Below are positions 1 through 10,734 of a stretch of DNA of 64,000 bases, piece by piece. The first letter of the stretch is position 1; every line of letters begins with the position of its first letter. Source of the stretch: Candidatus Methanomethylicia archaeon (GTDB taxonomy: Archaea > Thermoproteota > Methanomethylicia > Culexarchaeales > Culexarchaeaceae); NCBI GenBank assembly GCA_038727515.1, contig JAVYVS010000001.1:416001-480000 (forward strand). The letters run 5' to 3'. Made by a program: the position numbers and the translations under genes. The notes under the pieces are model-generated. The model saw only the letters and a program-made list of their open reading frames with translations. It ran no database searches and was not told the origin of the DNA.

Positions 1-1034
1 TATAGTAGTCCAAAGGTTACGCTTCCAGCCCAAGCGATTATCACGTATGTGGCTACAATCTTCCATTTGACTATTCTTGAAACAGCCATAGCGTTGGCAA
101 AATCATAGGGCTGCCCCATAAGCCAACTTAACAAAGCGCCTTTTGACATACCCTTACTCCATAACTCTTGCCCCAATGCAATTTCAACAAGGGTTGGCGT
201 ATACAATGGACCGCCGAGAATCGACGCTATCAAAACGCCAGTAACACCTGTTAAGTATGCTTCAACAATCTCCTCCGAGATGAACGCTGAAAGATAGCCC
301 ACCACTATAAGCCCTATGATGAAGGATGGAAGAATCTGTTTTGCTAAGTACCCCGCAAATTTAAGCGCTGCCCAAAGCCTCTCGTCTAAAGGAGGCTTAA
401 CAATTTCTATCTTCGCCGAAATCACAGCGGAATTGGCTACTTGAAACTCTTTTTCGATGGCTTTGCCCCACGACGTTTGGGAAATGATTAAACCTGCAAT
501 TAAGGCTACAGCCGCGGATACTATTATGCGCACTCCAGCCATTTCCCATGAAATCATTTCGCCAGTCATTAGAATTGTTAAGATGTTTGCCGCTGGCGCC
601 ATCAGAAGGAATGTAATTGCGGGCCCTATTCCGGCCCCAGCGTATAACACTCCGCTGAAAAGTGGAACCATTGTACATGAACAAACGGTTAGGAAAGGCG
701 CCATTCCAAGAGCTAATCCATATCCGACAGCCTTCCCCCTTCCCATATATTTTGTCATCGTTTCCTTTGGTACAAACTCATAGATTAGTCCAGCGACGCT
801 GAACGCGAAGAGGAGGCATATCCAGGCATGGCTGAAATAGTCGGCGATATATAACGCTGGAATAGCTAAGTACACGAGTGGTGTTTCCCATAAGCCCAAC
901 GCGTCCAATTTGTCCTTGAACGTTTCCTTTGTAGGCCTAGCTGTGACTCGACTATAGATTAGTAAGCCTATAACTATGATAAAGAAGGCTAGCAGAATGC
1001 TGGTTCTAATAATCCTCTTTGTTTTTTCTTCCAT
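1..1034 (-). CDS. ArsP/DUF318-family permease (3' end runs off window)
   Basis: Not in ORF track; manual translation from ATG at 1034 gives MEEKTKRIIRTSILLAFF...APFLTVCSCTMVPLFSG...FLLMAPAAN...GGPLYTP, open to window start; CSC motif and multi-TM pattern of DUF318 permeases; next to ArsR and a thioredoxin-like gene. Confidence 0.85.
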   Translation of the reverse strand, partial: MEEKTKRIIRTSILLAFFIIVIGLLIYSRVTARPTKETFKDKLDALGLWETPLVYLAIPALYIADYFSHAWICLLFAFSVAGLIYEFVPKETMTKYMGRGKAVGYGLALGMAPFLTVCSCTMVPLFSGVLYAGAGIGPAITFLLMAPAANILTILMTGEMISWEMAGVRIIVSAAVALIAGLIISQTSWGKAIEKEFQVANSAVISAKIEIVKPPLDERLWAALKFAGYLAKQILPSFIIGLIVVGYLSAFISEEIVEAYLTGVTGVLIASILGGPLYTPTLVEIALGQELWSKGMSKGALLSWLMGQPYDFANAMAVSRIVKWKIVATYVIIAWAGSVTFGLL

Positions 1035-1052
1035 AATATTTTTTTCGCCCCT

Positions 1053-1325
1053 TTACTTGACTGCTTCCCTTATCAGCTTTTCAACTTCTTCCGAGCTTGG
1101 AACCCGCCCTATGATTTTTACTGTGTTGTTTATGGCTATGGCTGGCGAAACTAATACGCCGTATTTTTGAACTATTTCCTTTGACATTATGTTGGCTTTT
1201 TCAATACTCACTATAACGCCAGCCTGCCTAAGCTTTTCAGCAGCTTTTTCCACGGCTTTTTTTGCTGCTTGGCACCGCATGCATGACGGTTCCGGTCCGA
1301 TGACTTCTACTTTGACTTCTTTCAT
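1053..1325 (-). CDS. Small thioredoxin-like redox protein (MTH895-like)
   Basis: CMRC CxxC motif, YGVLVSPAIAIN cis-Pro segment, GRVPS..E C-terminus; typical partner of DUF318 permeases. Confidence 0.85.
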   Translation of the reverse strand: MKEVKVEVIGPEPSCMRCQAAKKAVEKAAEKLRQAGVIVSIEKANIMSKEIVQKYGVLVSPAIAINNTVKIIGRVPSSEEVEKLIREAVK

Positions 1326-1353
1326 GCCTTTTCATCTCGTAGATTAGTGAGAG

Positions 1354-1379
1354 TATAGCAATATTTAAATATTGTTATA
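1354..1379. promoter_or_regulatory. Probable ArsR/SmtB operator (26-bp palindrome, one mismatch)
   Basis: TATAGCAATATTT-AAATATTGTTATA between the divergent thioredoxin and ArsR genes. Confidence 0.7.
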
Positions 1380-1393
1380 GAGTTGTTTTAAAC

Positions 1394-1717
1394 GTGCATC
1401 CAATAATGAAAAACATTGACAAGTTTAGGGCTAAGGTCTTCAACGCACTTGCTGACCCTGTTAGACTTAAGATTCTCGAGTTCTTACGTGGTGGCGAGCG
1501 GTGTGTATGCGAAATCGTTCTCTATGTAGGTGTAGCTCAGCCGCTGGTTTCTAGGCACTTGGCAATCTTAAAGCGATGCGGACTTGTAAAGGACAGAAAA
1601 GAGGGAAACAAGCGTTTCTACTCGGTGACTAGTCCGGCTGTTTTCAGATTGATTGATGCTGTTGACGCAGATTTTGTGAATGCACTTGTGAGGCACGTTG
1701 TTGAGCAAATAGTTTAG
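1394..1717 (+). CDS. arsR: ArsR/SmtB family metalloregulator
   Basis: FNALADPVRLKIL, ERCVCEI alpha3 metal site, SRHLAILKRCGLV HTH. Confidence 0.92.
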   Translation: MHPIMKNIDKFRAKVFNALADPVRLKILEFLRGGERCVCEIVLYVGVAQPLVSRHLAILKRCGLVKDRKEGNKRFYSVTSPAVFRLIDAVDADFVNALVRHVVEQIV

Positions 1718-1822
1718 GGAAAAGTGAAACCCGAGATGGTTATGAAGGTTGAACTTTCACGGCTAAACCGCCACGTGCGGGTTGCCTAAAACTGCTGGAA
1801 TATGCGGATTTAATTACGGTGT

Positions 1823-4800
1823 TTACCATAATTTAAAAAATACTTTTTCCATATATTGATTTAAAGATATTATTTTCGGTTTGTTTAATATACTCCAACT
1901 TATCACCTTTAGTAATGCATATGCACCTTCTAATGTTGTCATTATTGGAATTCCAAGTTCTACAGCCTTCCTCCTTATAACGTATTCATCTTGAAGCATT
2001 TCAAAATATTTGTTTAAAGTTAGAGATGATGGTATATTTACGATTAAATCTATTTCATGATTTAATAATGCATCCATAATGTTCGGCTTTCTACTGGGCT
2101 CTTTAACTTTATATAGGATTTTAACATCTTTGAATCCTTTCTCCATTAAGAATTCCGCTGTATGTTCTGTAGCATAAATGTTGAAACCTAAATTCTTAAA
2201 TGCTTTTGCTATTGGTAGAATCTTTTCCTTCAATTCTAAACCACCAACAGTTATCAATATGTTACTCCCATTTCTCGGTATTTTGAAGCCAGCTGAAAGT
2301 AAAGCTTTGTAAAGTGCTTCTGGAAGTGATTCACCTAAACATGCAACTTCACCAGTAGATCTCATTTCAACCCCAAGTATTGGATCTGCACCTTCAAGCT
2401 GCATAAAGGAGAACTGTGGAACCTTTACTCCAACAATCATAGTGGAAGTTTCATTTGGAATATCCAAAGGTATCTTTTCACCCATAATTGGATATGATGC
2501 AATTTTCATTAAGTTTATAGCTTTTACCTTTGATGTAAAAGGCATAGACCTTGATGCTCTAAGATTACATTCTATGACATATACAATTCCATTTTTAACT
2601 AAGAATTGAATGTTAAAGGGACCTTTAATCCTAAGATTTTTCGCTATGAGCTTTGTATATTCAATTATTTTCCTAATGGTTTCTTGATCTATGCTTTGTG
2701 GAGGTATAACCATCATAGCATCTCCAGAATGTATTCCAGCATGTTCTATGTGCTCTATTACTGCTCCTATAATAGTGTTTTCACCATCAGATACTGCATC
2801 AACTTCAACTTCAATTGCTTCTTCAATAAATTTACTTATGACAACGGGATGCTCTGGACTTACATTTGTAGCATTCATGAGGAAATCCCTCAATTGATTT
2901 GTAGTCCAAGCAATCCTCATCGCAGCACCACTTAAAACATATGATGGTCTAACTAAAACTGGATAACCTATTTCTCTAGCAAATTTTTCAGCTTCTTCAA
3001 TAGATTCAAATTTAGCCCATGGAGGTTGAGGTATACCCAGTTCATCTAATAATTTACTAAACTTCTCTCTATCTTCAGCTCTATCCACATCAACCCCCGA
3101 AGTGCCTAAAATCCTTATACCAAGTTTTTCAAGTTTTAGTGCAAGATTATTTGGTATCTGACCACCAACACATGTTACAACACCAATGGGATTCTCCTTT
3201 AAACATATATCCATAACCCTCTCCACAGTGAGCTCCTCAAAATATAGTTTGTCACTCATATCATAATCTGTAGATACAGTTTCAGGATTACAATTCACCA
3301 CTATAACTTCATCAACCCCCCTCTCCTTTAAAGACCAAACCATATTCATAGTACACCAATCAAATTCTACAGAACTACCGATCCTATAAGTTCCAGATCC
3401 TAAAACCACAACTTTACTAATATTACGTTTAAAATCAATATCATCTTCATCACCACCATAAGTAACATACAAATAATTTGTTTGAGCAGGCCATTCAGCA
3501 GCTAAAGTATCTATTTGTTTAACTACTGGAATAATCCCCTTCCTATACCTAAAATTCCTAATATCATCTTCACTTAATCCAAGAAGTGATGCAATTTGCT
3601 TATCGGAAAAACCAAGTTTCTTTGCCTCCCTTATAACATTTATACAATCATCTAAAGGTTTACCCCTAAGAGATTTTAAACGATCCTCCATAACCACAAT
3701 ATTCCTAATCTTTTCAATAAACCAAGCATCAATATAAGTTAACTTAGATATTTCATCAACAGTAAAACCAGCTTTTAAGGCTGCAGCTATATCAAAGAAT
3801 ATTTCATCAGTAGGTTCCCTAAGTCTATTTTCAAGGAGACTTCTATCAGTAATATTACTTGAAGTTAAACCATATCTACCAATATCAAGCATTCTAATAG
3901 CCTTCTGAAGAACTTCTTCAAAACATCTACCTATAGCCATAACTTCACCAACAGATTTCATTTGAGTACCAAGCCTCCTATCAATACCATCAAACTTCTG
4001 GAAATCCCATCTTGGAAACTTCAATACAATATAATCTAATGCAGGTTCAAAACATGCAGTTGTCTTATTAGTGACCTTATTTATAAGTTCATGAAGCCTA
4101 TAACCAAGAGCTAATTTAGCAGCCATATAAGCAAGTGGATAACCAGTAGCTTTAGAAGCTAATGCTGAACTCCTAGACATTCTAGGATTCATCTCTATAA
4201 TATAGAAAGCTTCAGATTTTGGATCTAAAGCCAATTGAACATTACATTCACCAATTATTTGAAGTGTATCAGCAGCTTTAATAGATGCAGATCTCAAAAT
4301 ATGGTACTCCCTATTGCTCAATGTTTGTGAAGGTGCAACAACAATATTATCACCAGTATGAACCCTCATACCCAAAATATTCTCCATATTACAAACAGTT
4401 ACACTATTACCATAGTAATCCCTCATAACTTCATACTCAATTTGCTTCCAAGATGATATACATTCCTCAATTAATACTTGACCAATCATACTGTGTGCAA
4501 GACCCCTCCTAACGATCTCCTCAAGTTCATTTCTATTCCTAGCAACACCAGAAGCTTTACCACCAAGGGTATATGCCACTCTAACCATAACTGGAAATCC
4601 AATTTCCCTAGCATATTCAATAGCTTCATCAACAGTATAAGCAGCTTTACTATTAGGCATAGGTAAACCAGCAGATTCCATAGCCTTCTTAAATAGAAGT
4701 CTATCAGAACACTTCTTTATACTTTCAATAGGAGTTCCAAGAATTTTAACTCCATATTTATCCAGTATACCCATATCATATAATTTAACACCACAATTAA

Positions 4801-5083
4801 GAGCTGTTTGACCACCAAAACCAAGCATTATACCATCAGGTCTCTCTTCCTCAATAACTTCAGCAACAAACTCTGGTAAAACAGGCAAAAGATAAACTCT
4901 ACCAGAAAGCTTAGGATCAGTTTGAATAGTAGCAACATTGGGATTAACAAGAATAGTTTCAATACCCTCCTCTCTAATAGCTTTAAGAGCCTGAGAACCA
5001 CTATAATCAAATTCTCCAGCTTCACCAATCTTAATAGCACCAGAACCAAGAACTAAAACTTTCCTAATATTCTCCTTAATCAT
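1823..5083 (-). CDS. carB: Carbamoyl-phosphate synthase large subunit
   Basis: GSGAIKIGEAGEFDYSG, duplicated ATP-grasp halves, C-terminal MGS domain, 1086 aa. Confidence 0.98.
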   Translation of the reverse strand: MIKENIRKVLVLGSGAIKIGEAGEFDYSGSQALKAIREEGIETILVNPNVATIQTDPKLSGRVYLLPVLPEFVAEVIEEERPDGIMLGFGGQTALNCGVKLYDMGILDKYGVKILGTPIESIKKCSDRLLFKKAMESAGLPMPNSKAAYTVDEAIEYAREIGFPVMVRVAYTLGGKASGVARNRNELEEIVRRGLAHSMIGQVLIEECISSWKQIEYEVMRDYYGNSVTVCNMENILGMRVHTGDNIVVAPSQTLSNREYHILRSASIKAADTLQIIGECNVQLALDPKSEAFYIIEMNPRMSRSSALASKATGYPLAYMAAKLALGYRLHELINKVTNKTTACFEPALDYIVLKFPRWDFQKFDGIDRRLGTQMKSVGEVMAIGRCFEEVLQKAIRMLDIGRYGLTSSNITDRSLLENRLREPTDEIFFDIAAALKAGFTVDEISKLTYIDAWFIEKIRNIVVMEDRLKSLRGKPLDDCINVIREAKKLGFSDKQIASLLGLSEDDIRNFRYRKGIIPVVKQIDTLAAEWPAQTNYLYVTYGGDEDDIDFKRNISKVVVLGSGTYRIGSSVEFDWCTMNMVWSLKERGVDEVIVVNCNPETVSTDYDMSDKLYFEELTVERVMDICLKENPIGVVTCVGGQIPNNLALKLEKLGIRILGTSGVDVDRAEDREKFSKLLDELGIPQPPWAKFESIEEAEKFAREIGYPVLVRPSYVLSGAAMRIAWTTNQLRDFLMNATNVSPEHPVVISKFIEEAIEVEVDAVSDGENTIIGAVIEHIEHAGIHSGDAMMVIPPQSIDQETIRKIIEYTKLIAKNLRIKGPFNIQFLVKNGIVYVIECNLRASRSMPFTSKVKAINLMKIASYPIMGEKIPLDIPNETSTMIVGVKVPQFSFMQLEGADPILGVEMRSTGEVACLGESLPEALYKALLSAGFKIPRNGSNILITVGGLELKEKILPIAKAFKNLGFNIYATEHTAEFLMEKGFKDVKILYKVKEPSRKPNIMDALLNHEIDLIVNIPSSLTLNKYFEMLQDEYVIRRKAVELGIPIMTTLEGAYALLKVISWSILNKPKIISLNQYMEKVFFKLW

Positions 5084-6210
5084 ACCCTATTCAACTCCAT
5101 CAATTCAATAAACATATCAAAAACAAAACTAGCATCATAAGGTCCGGGAGAAGCTTCAGGATGAAATTGAACTGAAATCAAAGGCTTCTTAGAATGCTTC
5201 AAACCTTCAATAGTTTTATCATCAGCATTCAACCACCAAACAATTAAACCAGAACCATCAAGTGAATCTTCTCTAATAGCAAAACCATGATTTTGACTAG
5301 TAACATAACATCTATTAAAATCGAGATTTATACATGGCTTATTCTGACCTCTATGACCATATTTAAGTTTAAATGTTGAAGCTCCAAGAGCAAGACCAAT
5401 CATTTGATTCCCAAGGCAAATACCAAGTATTGGAATACCAATTTCAATAAGCCCATGAATACATTTAATAGTTTCAACATTAACCTCAGGATTCCCAGGA
5501 CCATTACTAATAACAACACCCTTAGGATCAAAACTAAGTATTTTATCAACACCATAATCCCTAGGAACTCTAACAACTCTTAAACCCCTATATAATAGAC
5601 TTCTAATAATACCATATTTAACACCACAATCGATAACCACAACCGTAGGACCATTATTCTCATAAACCACTGGCTTTTCAATTGTAACTTCACCCACGAG
5701 ATCCAGCATATCATATCTCGGAGCCTTTTCAATTAATGAGAAAAGTGATTCAACATCTATGTCACCCTCTGAAACTTGAAGTACACCAAGCATAACACCC
5801 TTGGATCTAAGCTTCTTAGTAAGCATTCTAGTATCAATACCATAAATACCGGGAATACCTTCATTAAAAAGCCATTCATGAAGACTCATACCACAAGACC
5901 AATGACTAGGTCTTTCACATAATTCATGAACAATAACTCCAAGTACATGAGGTTTATCAGATTCAAAATTTATAGGAATACCCCAACTATCCTTTAAATC
6001 AAATCTTGGAACACCATAATTACCAATTAATGGATAAGTAAAACATAAAATCTGACCACGATAAGATGGATCAGTTATAGATTCAGGGTAACCAACCATA
6101 CCAGTAGTAAAAACAACTTCACCAACAACAGTCTTAGGAAAACCAAAACCCCTACCATAGAAGATAGAACCATCCTCTAAAACTAGAACAGCATTAAGAC
6201 TACCCACCAT
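5080..6210 (-). CDS. carA: Carbamoyl-phosphate synthase small subunit
   Basis: GEVVFTTGMVGY, SNGPG, GICLG, QFHPE glutamine amidotransferase motifs; 4-nt overlap with carB. Confidence 0.98.
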   Translation of the reverse strand: MVGSLNAVLVLEDGSIFYGRGFGFPKTVVGEVVFTTGMVGYPESITDPSYRGQILCFTYPLIGNYGVPRFDLKDSWGIPINFESDKPHVLGVIVHELCERPSHWSCGMSLHEWLFNEGIPGIYGIDTRMLTKKLRSKGVMLGVLQVSEGDIDVESLFSLIEKAPRYDMLDLVGEVTIEKPVVYENNGPTVVVIDCGVKYGIIRSLLYRGLRVVRVPRDYGVDKILSFDPKGVVISNGPGNPEVNVETIKCIHGLIEIGIPILGICLGNQMIGLALGASTFKLKYGHRGQNKPCINLDFNRCYVTSQNHGFAIREDSLDGSGLIVWWLNADDKTIEGLKHSKKPLISVQFHPEASPGPYDASFVFDMFIELMELNRV

Positions 6211-6530
6211 AATACCTACAAAAACCCTTCACACCATTTATGTAAGGGATATATAAGATTTTTGAGAAATATGATATATAAAACCATGAGAAATGTTACA
6301 ATTAAAACAGACAATCTAAATAGAATGCAAAATATTGATATGGAGAGGTATATAAGTACCATTAAAAATCGAATACGGAAATATAAAGTATCCAATACTA
6401 GAATTTAAAATCTCCAACTAAACACGTAAATCCACCCTTTACTCAATACGCTTCCAGATACAAAACATCTTATAACGTAGTGGAATTATTGAAGGAGTTA
6501 TAGTCCTATAGAAAAGGTAATCTATAGTCT

Positions 6531-7112
6531 TTATCTCGAAATCCTTGAAGCATCAATTAACCTTCTTATGGTGATAGACGTTAATCTAGTTATGATCTCT
6601 ACCGTTGGAAGATAGTTTATTATGGTTTCATCAAACATAACATTACTTGATGGAGATACCTCCTCATCTCCACCCCAAACAATCAACACTATTGGAACCC
6701 TTGGGAGAGAATATATTTTTATTGAAGCATCACCTAAATCTAATACTTCATGTTTAAAGAATCTCGCTGCTGAAAACAATAAACTCAAATTATAACCGAA
6801 GGTTGATTCAAAATTCTTAAGAACCTCCCTCCCAAGCGTAGGGCAGGGTCCAATAATCTTAGATAAATCCATGAATGTTATGAGCCTACCAGATAAACCA
6901 ATATCATTGGATGTTAAAGAATAATTATGTAAAATAAAGTATAGTGGCAATCGCTCCTTAAACTCCAATTTCCTATTCAAAATCTCATCAAAAACCTCTC
7001 CATTTGAAAGGGATAATCTAAAACCTAGAAAATGAAGTTCATCAACATCTTCAAAACCCAATCTTCCACGGAGAGATCTAATACTATCCTTAACCCTATC
7101 CCAATTCCACAA
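6531..7112 (-). CDS. DUF3786-domain protein
   Basis: C-terminal LPRVPIVLIVWGGDEEVSPSSNVMFD signature; start uncertain. Confidence 0.7.
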   Translation of the reverse strand: MWNWDRVKDSIRSLRGRLGFEDVDELHFLGFRLSLSNGEVFDEILNRKLEFKERLPLYFILHNYSLTSNDIGLSGRLITFMDLSKIIGPCPTLGREVLKNFESTFGYNLSLLFSAARFFKHEVLDLGDASIKIYSLPRVPIVLIVWGGDEEVSPSSNVMFDETIINYLPTVEIITRLTSITIRRLIDASRISR

Positions 7113-7265
7113 TTCCTCAGGACCCTTAGTCCAAATAATTATTCACCATAAAACTATATACATAAAAAACACCTATAAACATTATCAGGATAAAGAAGCT
7201 GAACAAATCAAATAAATATTTGACAAGAAATTTATACAAAAAAGAGTAAAGTATAATTCATAATA

Positions 7266-7973
7266 TTGGTGTTTAAGTTGGAAGAGTTTTGGCAAGGTAG
7301 AGATTGGAAGATGAAAGTTTTATATTCTAAAGCTGGAGTTGCAACGCAAATACTAGTATCCACAATTAAATATGATTTACTCATAGATGTAGGGGATGGT
7401 ATTTTAAGAGATTTACTTGAGGAAAACTACGATTTCAATAAATTAGAAGCTATAATCATAACCCATGGACACTACGATCACATGGGAGGCTTATGGACAT
7501 TACTGGGATTCCTCAGAATGCTTGGAAGGAAGAAGAATCTAAAGATAATTGCACCAAAGAATTGTATTGAAGTTAAAAGTTTAATTGAAAATTTCATAAA
7601 AATATATGGGAAAACAATACCATATGAGATTATTTTAATCGAAGTTTCAGATGGAGAAGAGATAATTATTGGAGAAACAGTCATTCAAGCATTCTCAGTT
7701 ATACATAGAGGATCAATTAGACATTTAGGGGTATTGGAACCCATACCAGCACTTGGATACTCAATAAGGTATGGAGATCAAAGAATAGTTGTGAGTGGCG
7801 ATACAGGGTTATGTGAAAATCTAATAAAATACGTTGAAAATGCAGATCTCGCATTAATTGAAGCTACAATCAAAGAAAAAAGTTTGGAAACCTCAGAAGT
7901 ACATCTATCCATAGATGAAGCTATAAGTATTGGAAGCAAAGCTAAAAAGTTCATTCTAATACATAAAAGATGA
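7266..7973 (+). CDS. MBL-fold metallo-hydrolase (RNase Z-like)
   Basis: THGHYDH, VSGDT, EAT and H motifs. Confidence 0.85.
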   Translation: MVFKLEEFWQGRDWKMKVLYSKAGVATQILVSTIKYDLLIDVGDGILRDLLEENYDFNKLEAIIITHGHYDHMGGLWTLLGFLRMLGRKKNLKIIAPKNCIEVKSLIENFIKIYGKTIPYEIILIEVSDGEEIIIGETVIQAFSVIHRGSIRHLGVLEPIPALGYSIRYGDQRIVVSGDTGLCENLIKYVENADLALIEATIKEKSLETSEVHLSIDEAISIGSKAKKFILIHKR

Positions 7974-8390
7974 TATAATGAAAATCAACCAGATGAATTC
8001 CATCAACCACATAAAAATAAATTCCCAAAATATATGAGTAAACCCTTTTCATTCCATAACATTAAAGTAAGCATATGAATAATATTATCTCCCAACAATA
8101 CTGCCTCCAACCATATAAAAGAGTAGAAGAACTTTACACTCAAAAATCTTGTAATGATGACATAAAATGCAAATTGAAGTAAAGACTAGTAGGATCATAT
8201 TTAATATCGATATGAAGAAATCCTCCTTAACATCCATGTTTACTCCATTGAATAAATATTAGCGTATTTTATGATCTAGTTAGAATTTCAATATTGTTTT
8301 TCACATACTTTTAAATCCTCTGAAGATAATTTTAATTATATAAATTCACAAATATGTGTTTAGAAAAATAAAGAAGTGGGGATGTAATTA

Positions 8391-9320
8391 ATGGATTACA
8401 TTGTACTATTGGATAAGGTCTCTAAATATTATAATGGTTTTAAGGCGCTGGATGATGTTTCTTTAAGTATTAAACGTGGTGAGATCTATGTGGTTTTAGG
8501 TCCTAATGGTGCTGGCAAAACTACATTATTCAATATAATCGCAGGAGTTTTAAAACCATCTTCTGGATTCATGAAAGTGTTTGGTGTTGATCCATCAGAC
8601 CCTAAAATCCATCATAAGATTTCATATCTACCATCAACATCAATACTATATCCATGGCTTACGTCAATGGAGAATATTGAATATTATGCTTCAATCTATG
8701 GATTAGAGAAAGATGTTTTAAAGGAGAGATCCAATGAGTTATTTGATTATTTTGGTATTAATGATTTAAAGTTTAAATTAGCTTCAAAACTTTCCACTGG
8801 TCAGAGCAAATTAATTTCAATTATTATTACTTTGATCGTTAAACCAGAATTAATTATTTTAGATGAACCTACCACTGGACTTGACCCTAATATGAGGAGG
8901 AAAATCTTAGATTTAATACGTAAATTATCAATTGAAAACGCCACAGTAATGTTTGCAACACATATAGTAAATGAAGCTGAAGAACTTATGGGTAGAGTAG
9001 CAATAATGGATAGAGGTAAGATAATAGTTGAGGGAGGTGTAGAAGAATTAAAGAAATCTTATGCTCCACCCTCAGTTATAACAATAAAAACTTTTGAAGA
9101 ATATATTGATAAAGCAAGTACCATTTTAAAGCATTATTGTAATGATGTTTTCACTATAAATGATGAATTGAGAATACATAGTAATGACCCAGATATGGAT
9201 ATGCCTAAATACATTTTAAAATTAAGTGAATCAGGAGTGAAAATTTCAAGTGTAAAAATAGATAATCCAACACTTGAAGATGTATTTTTAAAATTGACTG
9301 GGAGGGGTTTGAGAGAATGA
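8391..9320 (+). CDS. ABC-2 type exporter ATP-binding protein
   Basis: GPNGAGKTT, LSTGQ, LDEPT, C-terminal PTLEDVFLKLTG. Confidence 0.93.
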   Translation: MDYIVLLDKVSKYYNGFKALDDVSLSIKRGEIYVVLGPNGAGKTTLFNIIAGVLKPSSGFMKVFGVDPSDPKIHHKISYLPSTSILYPWLTSMENIEYYASIYGLEKDVLKERSNELFDYFGINDLKFKLASKLSTGQSKLISIIITLIVKPELIILDEPTTGLDPNMRRKILDLIRKLSIENATVMFATHIVNEAEELMGRVAIMDRGKIIVEGGVEELKKSYAPPSVITIKTFEEYIDKASTILKHYCNDVFTINDELRIHSNDPDMDMPKYILKLSESGVKISSVKIDNPTLEDVFLKLTGRGLRE

Positions 9321-10573
9321 AATTAAAGACGATAATTGCATTCATTAAATGTGAAATTAAACGATACTATAGGGAGAAGATCTTATTGTTTTGGCTTTTA
9401 ATTTGGCCATTAATATGGATACTCATGACAGCATACGTATTTGTACCACCAACAACCACTAATCAATTTATAAACTTAAATATTGGAGTAATAAATTACG
9501 ATAAATCTAATACACCATTTAATGGTACAACATTCATTAAAATTCTAAGAGAAATAGAGTATAATGGTACAAGGATATTCAGTATAAGTGAATATAAAAC
9601 TGTAGAGGAAGCTGTTCAAAGTCTAAAGAGGGGGATTCTTGATGCATTAATAATAATACCAGAGGATTTTGGATTTGAAATATTTAATGTGATAAGTTCA
9701 GTGGAGATAAAGGTGTATGTGGGTGCTAAAACCCCACAAACAAAGCAAATAACTGAAACAATAATTACCAGTGTTATAAGAGGATTTTCAGAGGAAATTT
9801 CATCGGAGAGAGTTAAATATATTCTTAGCTATATTCCAGAAGAGTATAGGTATTGGTCTAAGATAGTCTTAAAGAATTTAGTAAACCCAGTTAACATGAG
9901 TATAGGATATATTTTACCAGAGGTATTTCAAGAACGTTCAAGGATAATTGGATGGTATACTATTGGAGCTATTGGAATGCTATTCCTATACACTGGATTT
10001 TCATCAGGATCCACAATGATAATATCTGAAAAAGAAAGAGGAACCTTAAAGAAGCTTTTATCAACACCTTTAACAGCAAGTGAATTCATAATTGGAAGAA
10101 TGATATCATTAATGATACCAATGTTAATATCAACAATAATACTCATATTGATAAGTATTTCACCAATAATAGGAGCACATATAACATTCAATCCTACAAA
10201 TCCAATACATATACTATCAGCAATATTCATAGTGTGTGGTGCGTTAATGAGTATAAGTATAGGAGCAATAATATCCATGATAGCAAAAACAAGAGAAGGA
10301 GCATCAAGTATGGGGGTTATTCTAGGACTACTACTCTCATTTACAACTGGAATATGGTTTCCAATAGAATGGATGCCTCAACCCATAAGAATACTAGCAA
10401 AAATATTTCCACCAGCATGGAGCATTGAAATAAGTAGGAGAATAATAGTATTTGAACCACCATATGAAACACTACTAATAGACACAATAAAAATCATAAC
10501 ATCAACAATAATACTCTTAACCATAGCCATAACCATATATAAGAAAACAATACAAAAACAAATGGAAATATAA
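9317..10573 (+). CDS. ABC-2 type exporter permease
   Basis: N-terminal TM, extracellular loop, EKERGTLKKLLSTP motif, C-terminal TMs; overlaps the ATPase gene. Confidence 0.9.
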   Translation: MKLKTIIAFIKCEIKRYYREKILLFWLLIWPLIWILMTAYVFVPPTTTNQFINLNIGVINYDKSNTPFNGTTFIKILREIEYNGTRIFSISEYKTVEEAVQSLKRGILDALIIIPEDFGFEIFNVISSVEIKVYVGAKTPQTKQITETIITSVIRGFSEEISSERVKYILSYIPEEYRYWSKIVLKNLVNPVNMSIGYILPEVFQERSRIIGWYTIGAIGMLFLYTGFSSGSTMIISEKERGTLKKLLSTPLTASEFIIGRMISLMIPMLISTIILILISISPIIGAHITFNPTNPIHILSAIFIVCGALMSISIGAIISMIAKTREGASSMGVILGLLLSFTTGIWFPIEWMPQPIRILAKIFPPAWSIEISRRIIVFEPPYETLLIDTIKIITSTIILLTIAITIYKKTIQKQMEI

Positions 10574-10734
10574 TTAACAAATAAATAATAATAAGTTTTA
10601 ATCGAGAGCATAATTGGAAATTTTTTAAAGTAATGGGGAAGACTATGTTAAGCTTGAAGAAGTAGTTACGAAGCATCGTATAAATTAAATAATCTAAAAT
10701 TTATTGATAGAAAATCTTTTCAATAGATCGTTCA

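Noticed and set aside
397-1170. ORF-track entries 397..684, 457..783 and 976..1170
   Set aside because: Alternative-frame or antisense shadows of the DUF318 permease and thioredoxin genes
1718-1822. GC-richer tail after arsR as tRNA/att site/ncRNA
   Set aside because: No cloverleaf, C/D boxes or matching direct repeat found
6211-6530. Possible gene remnant between carA and DUF3786
   Set aside because: Only short interrupted frames with no recognisable family
7974-8237. Short hydrophobic minus-strand ORF (~50 aa) or pseudogene
   Set aside because: No motif or homology evidence visible
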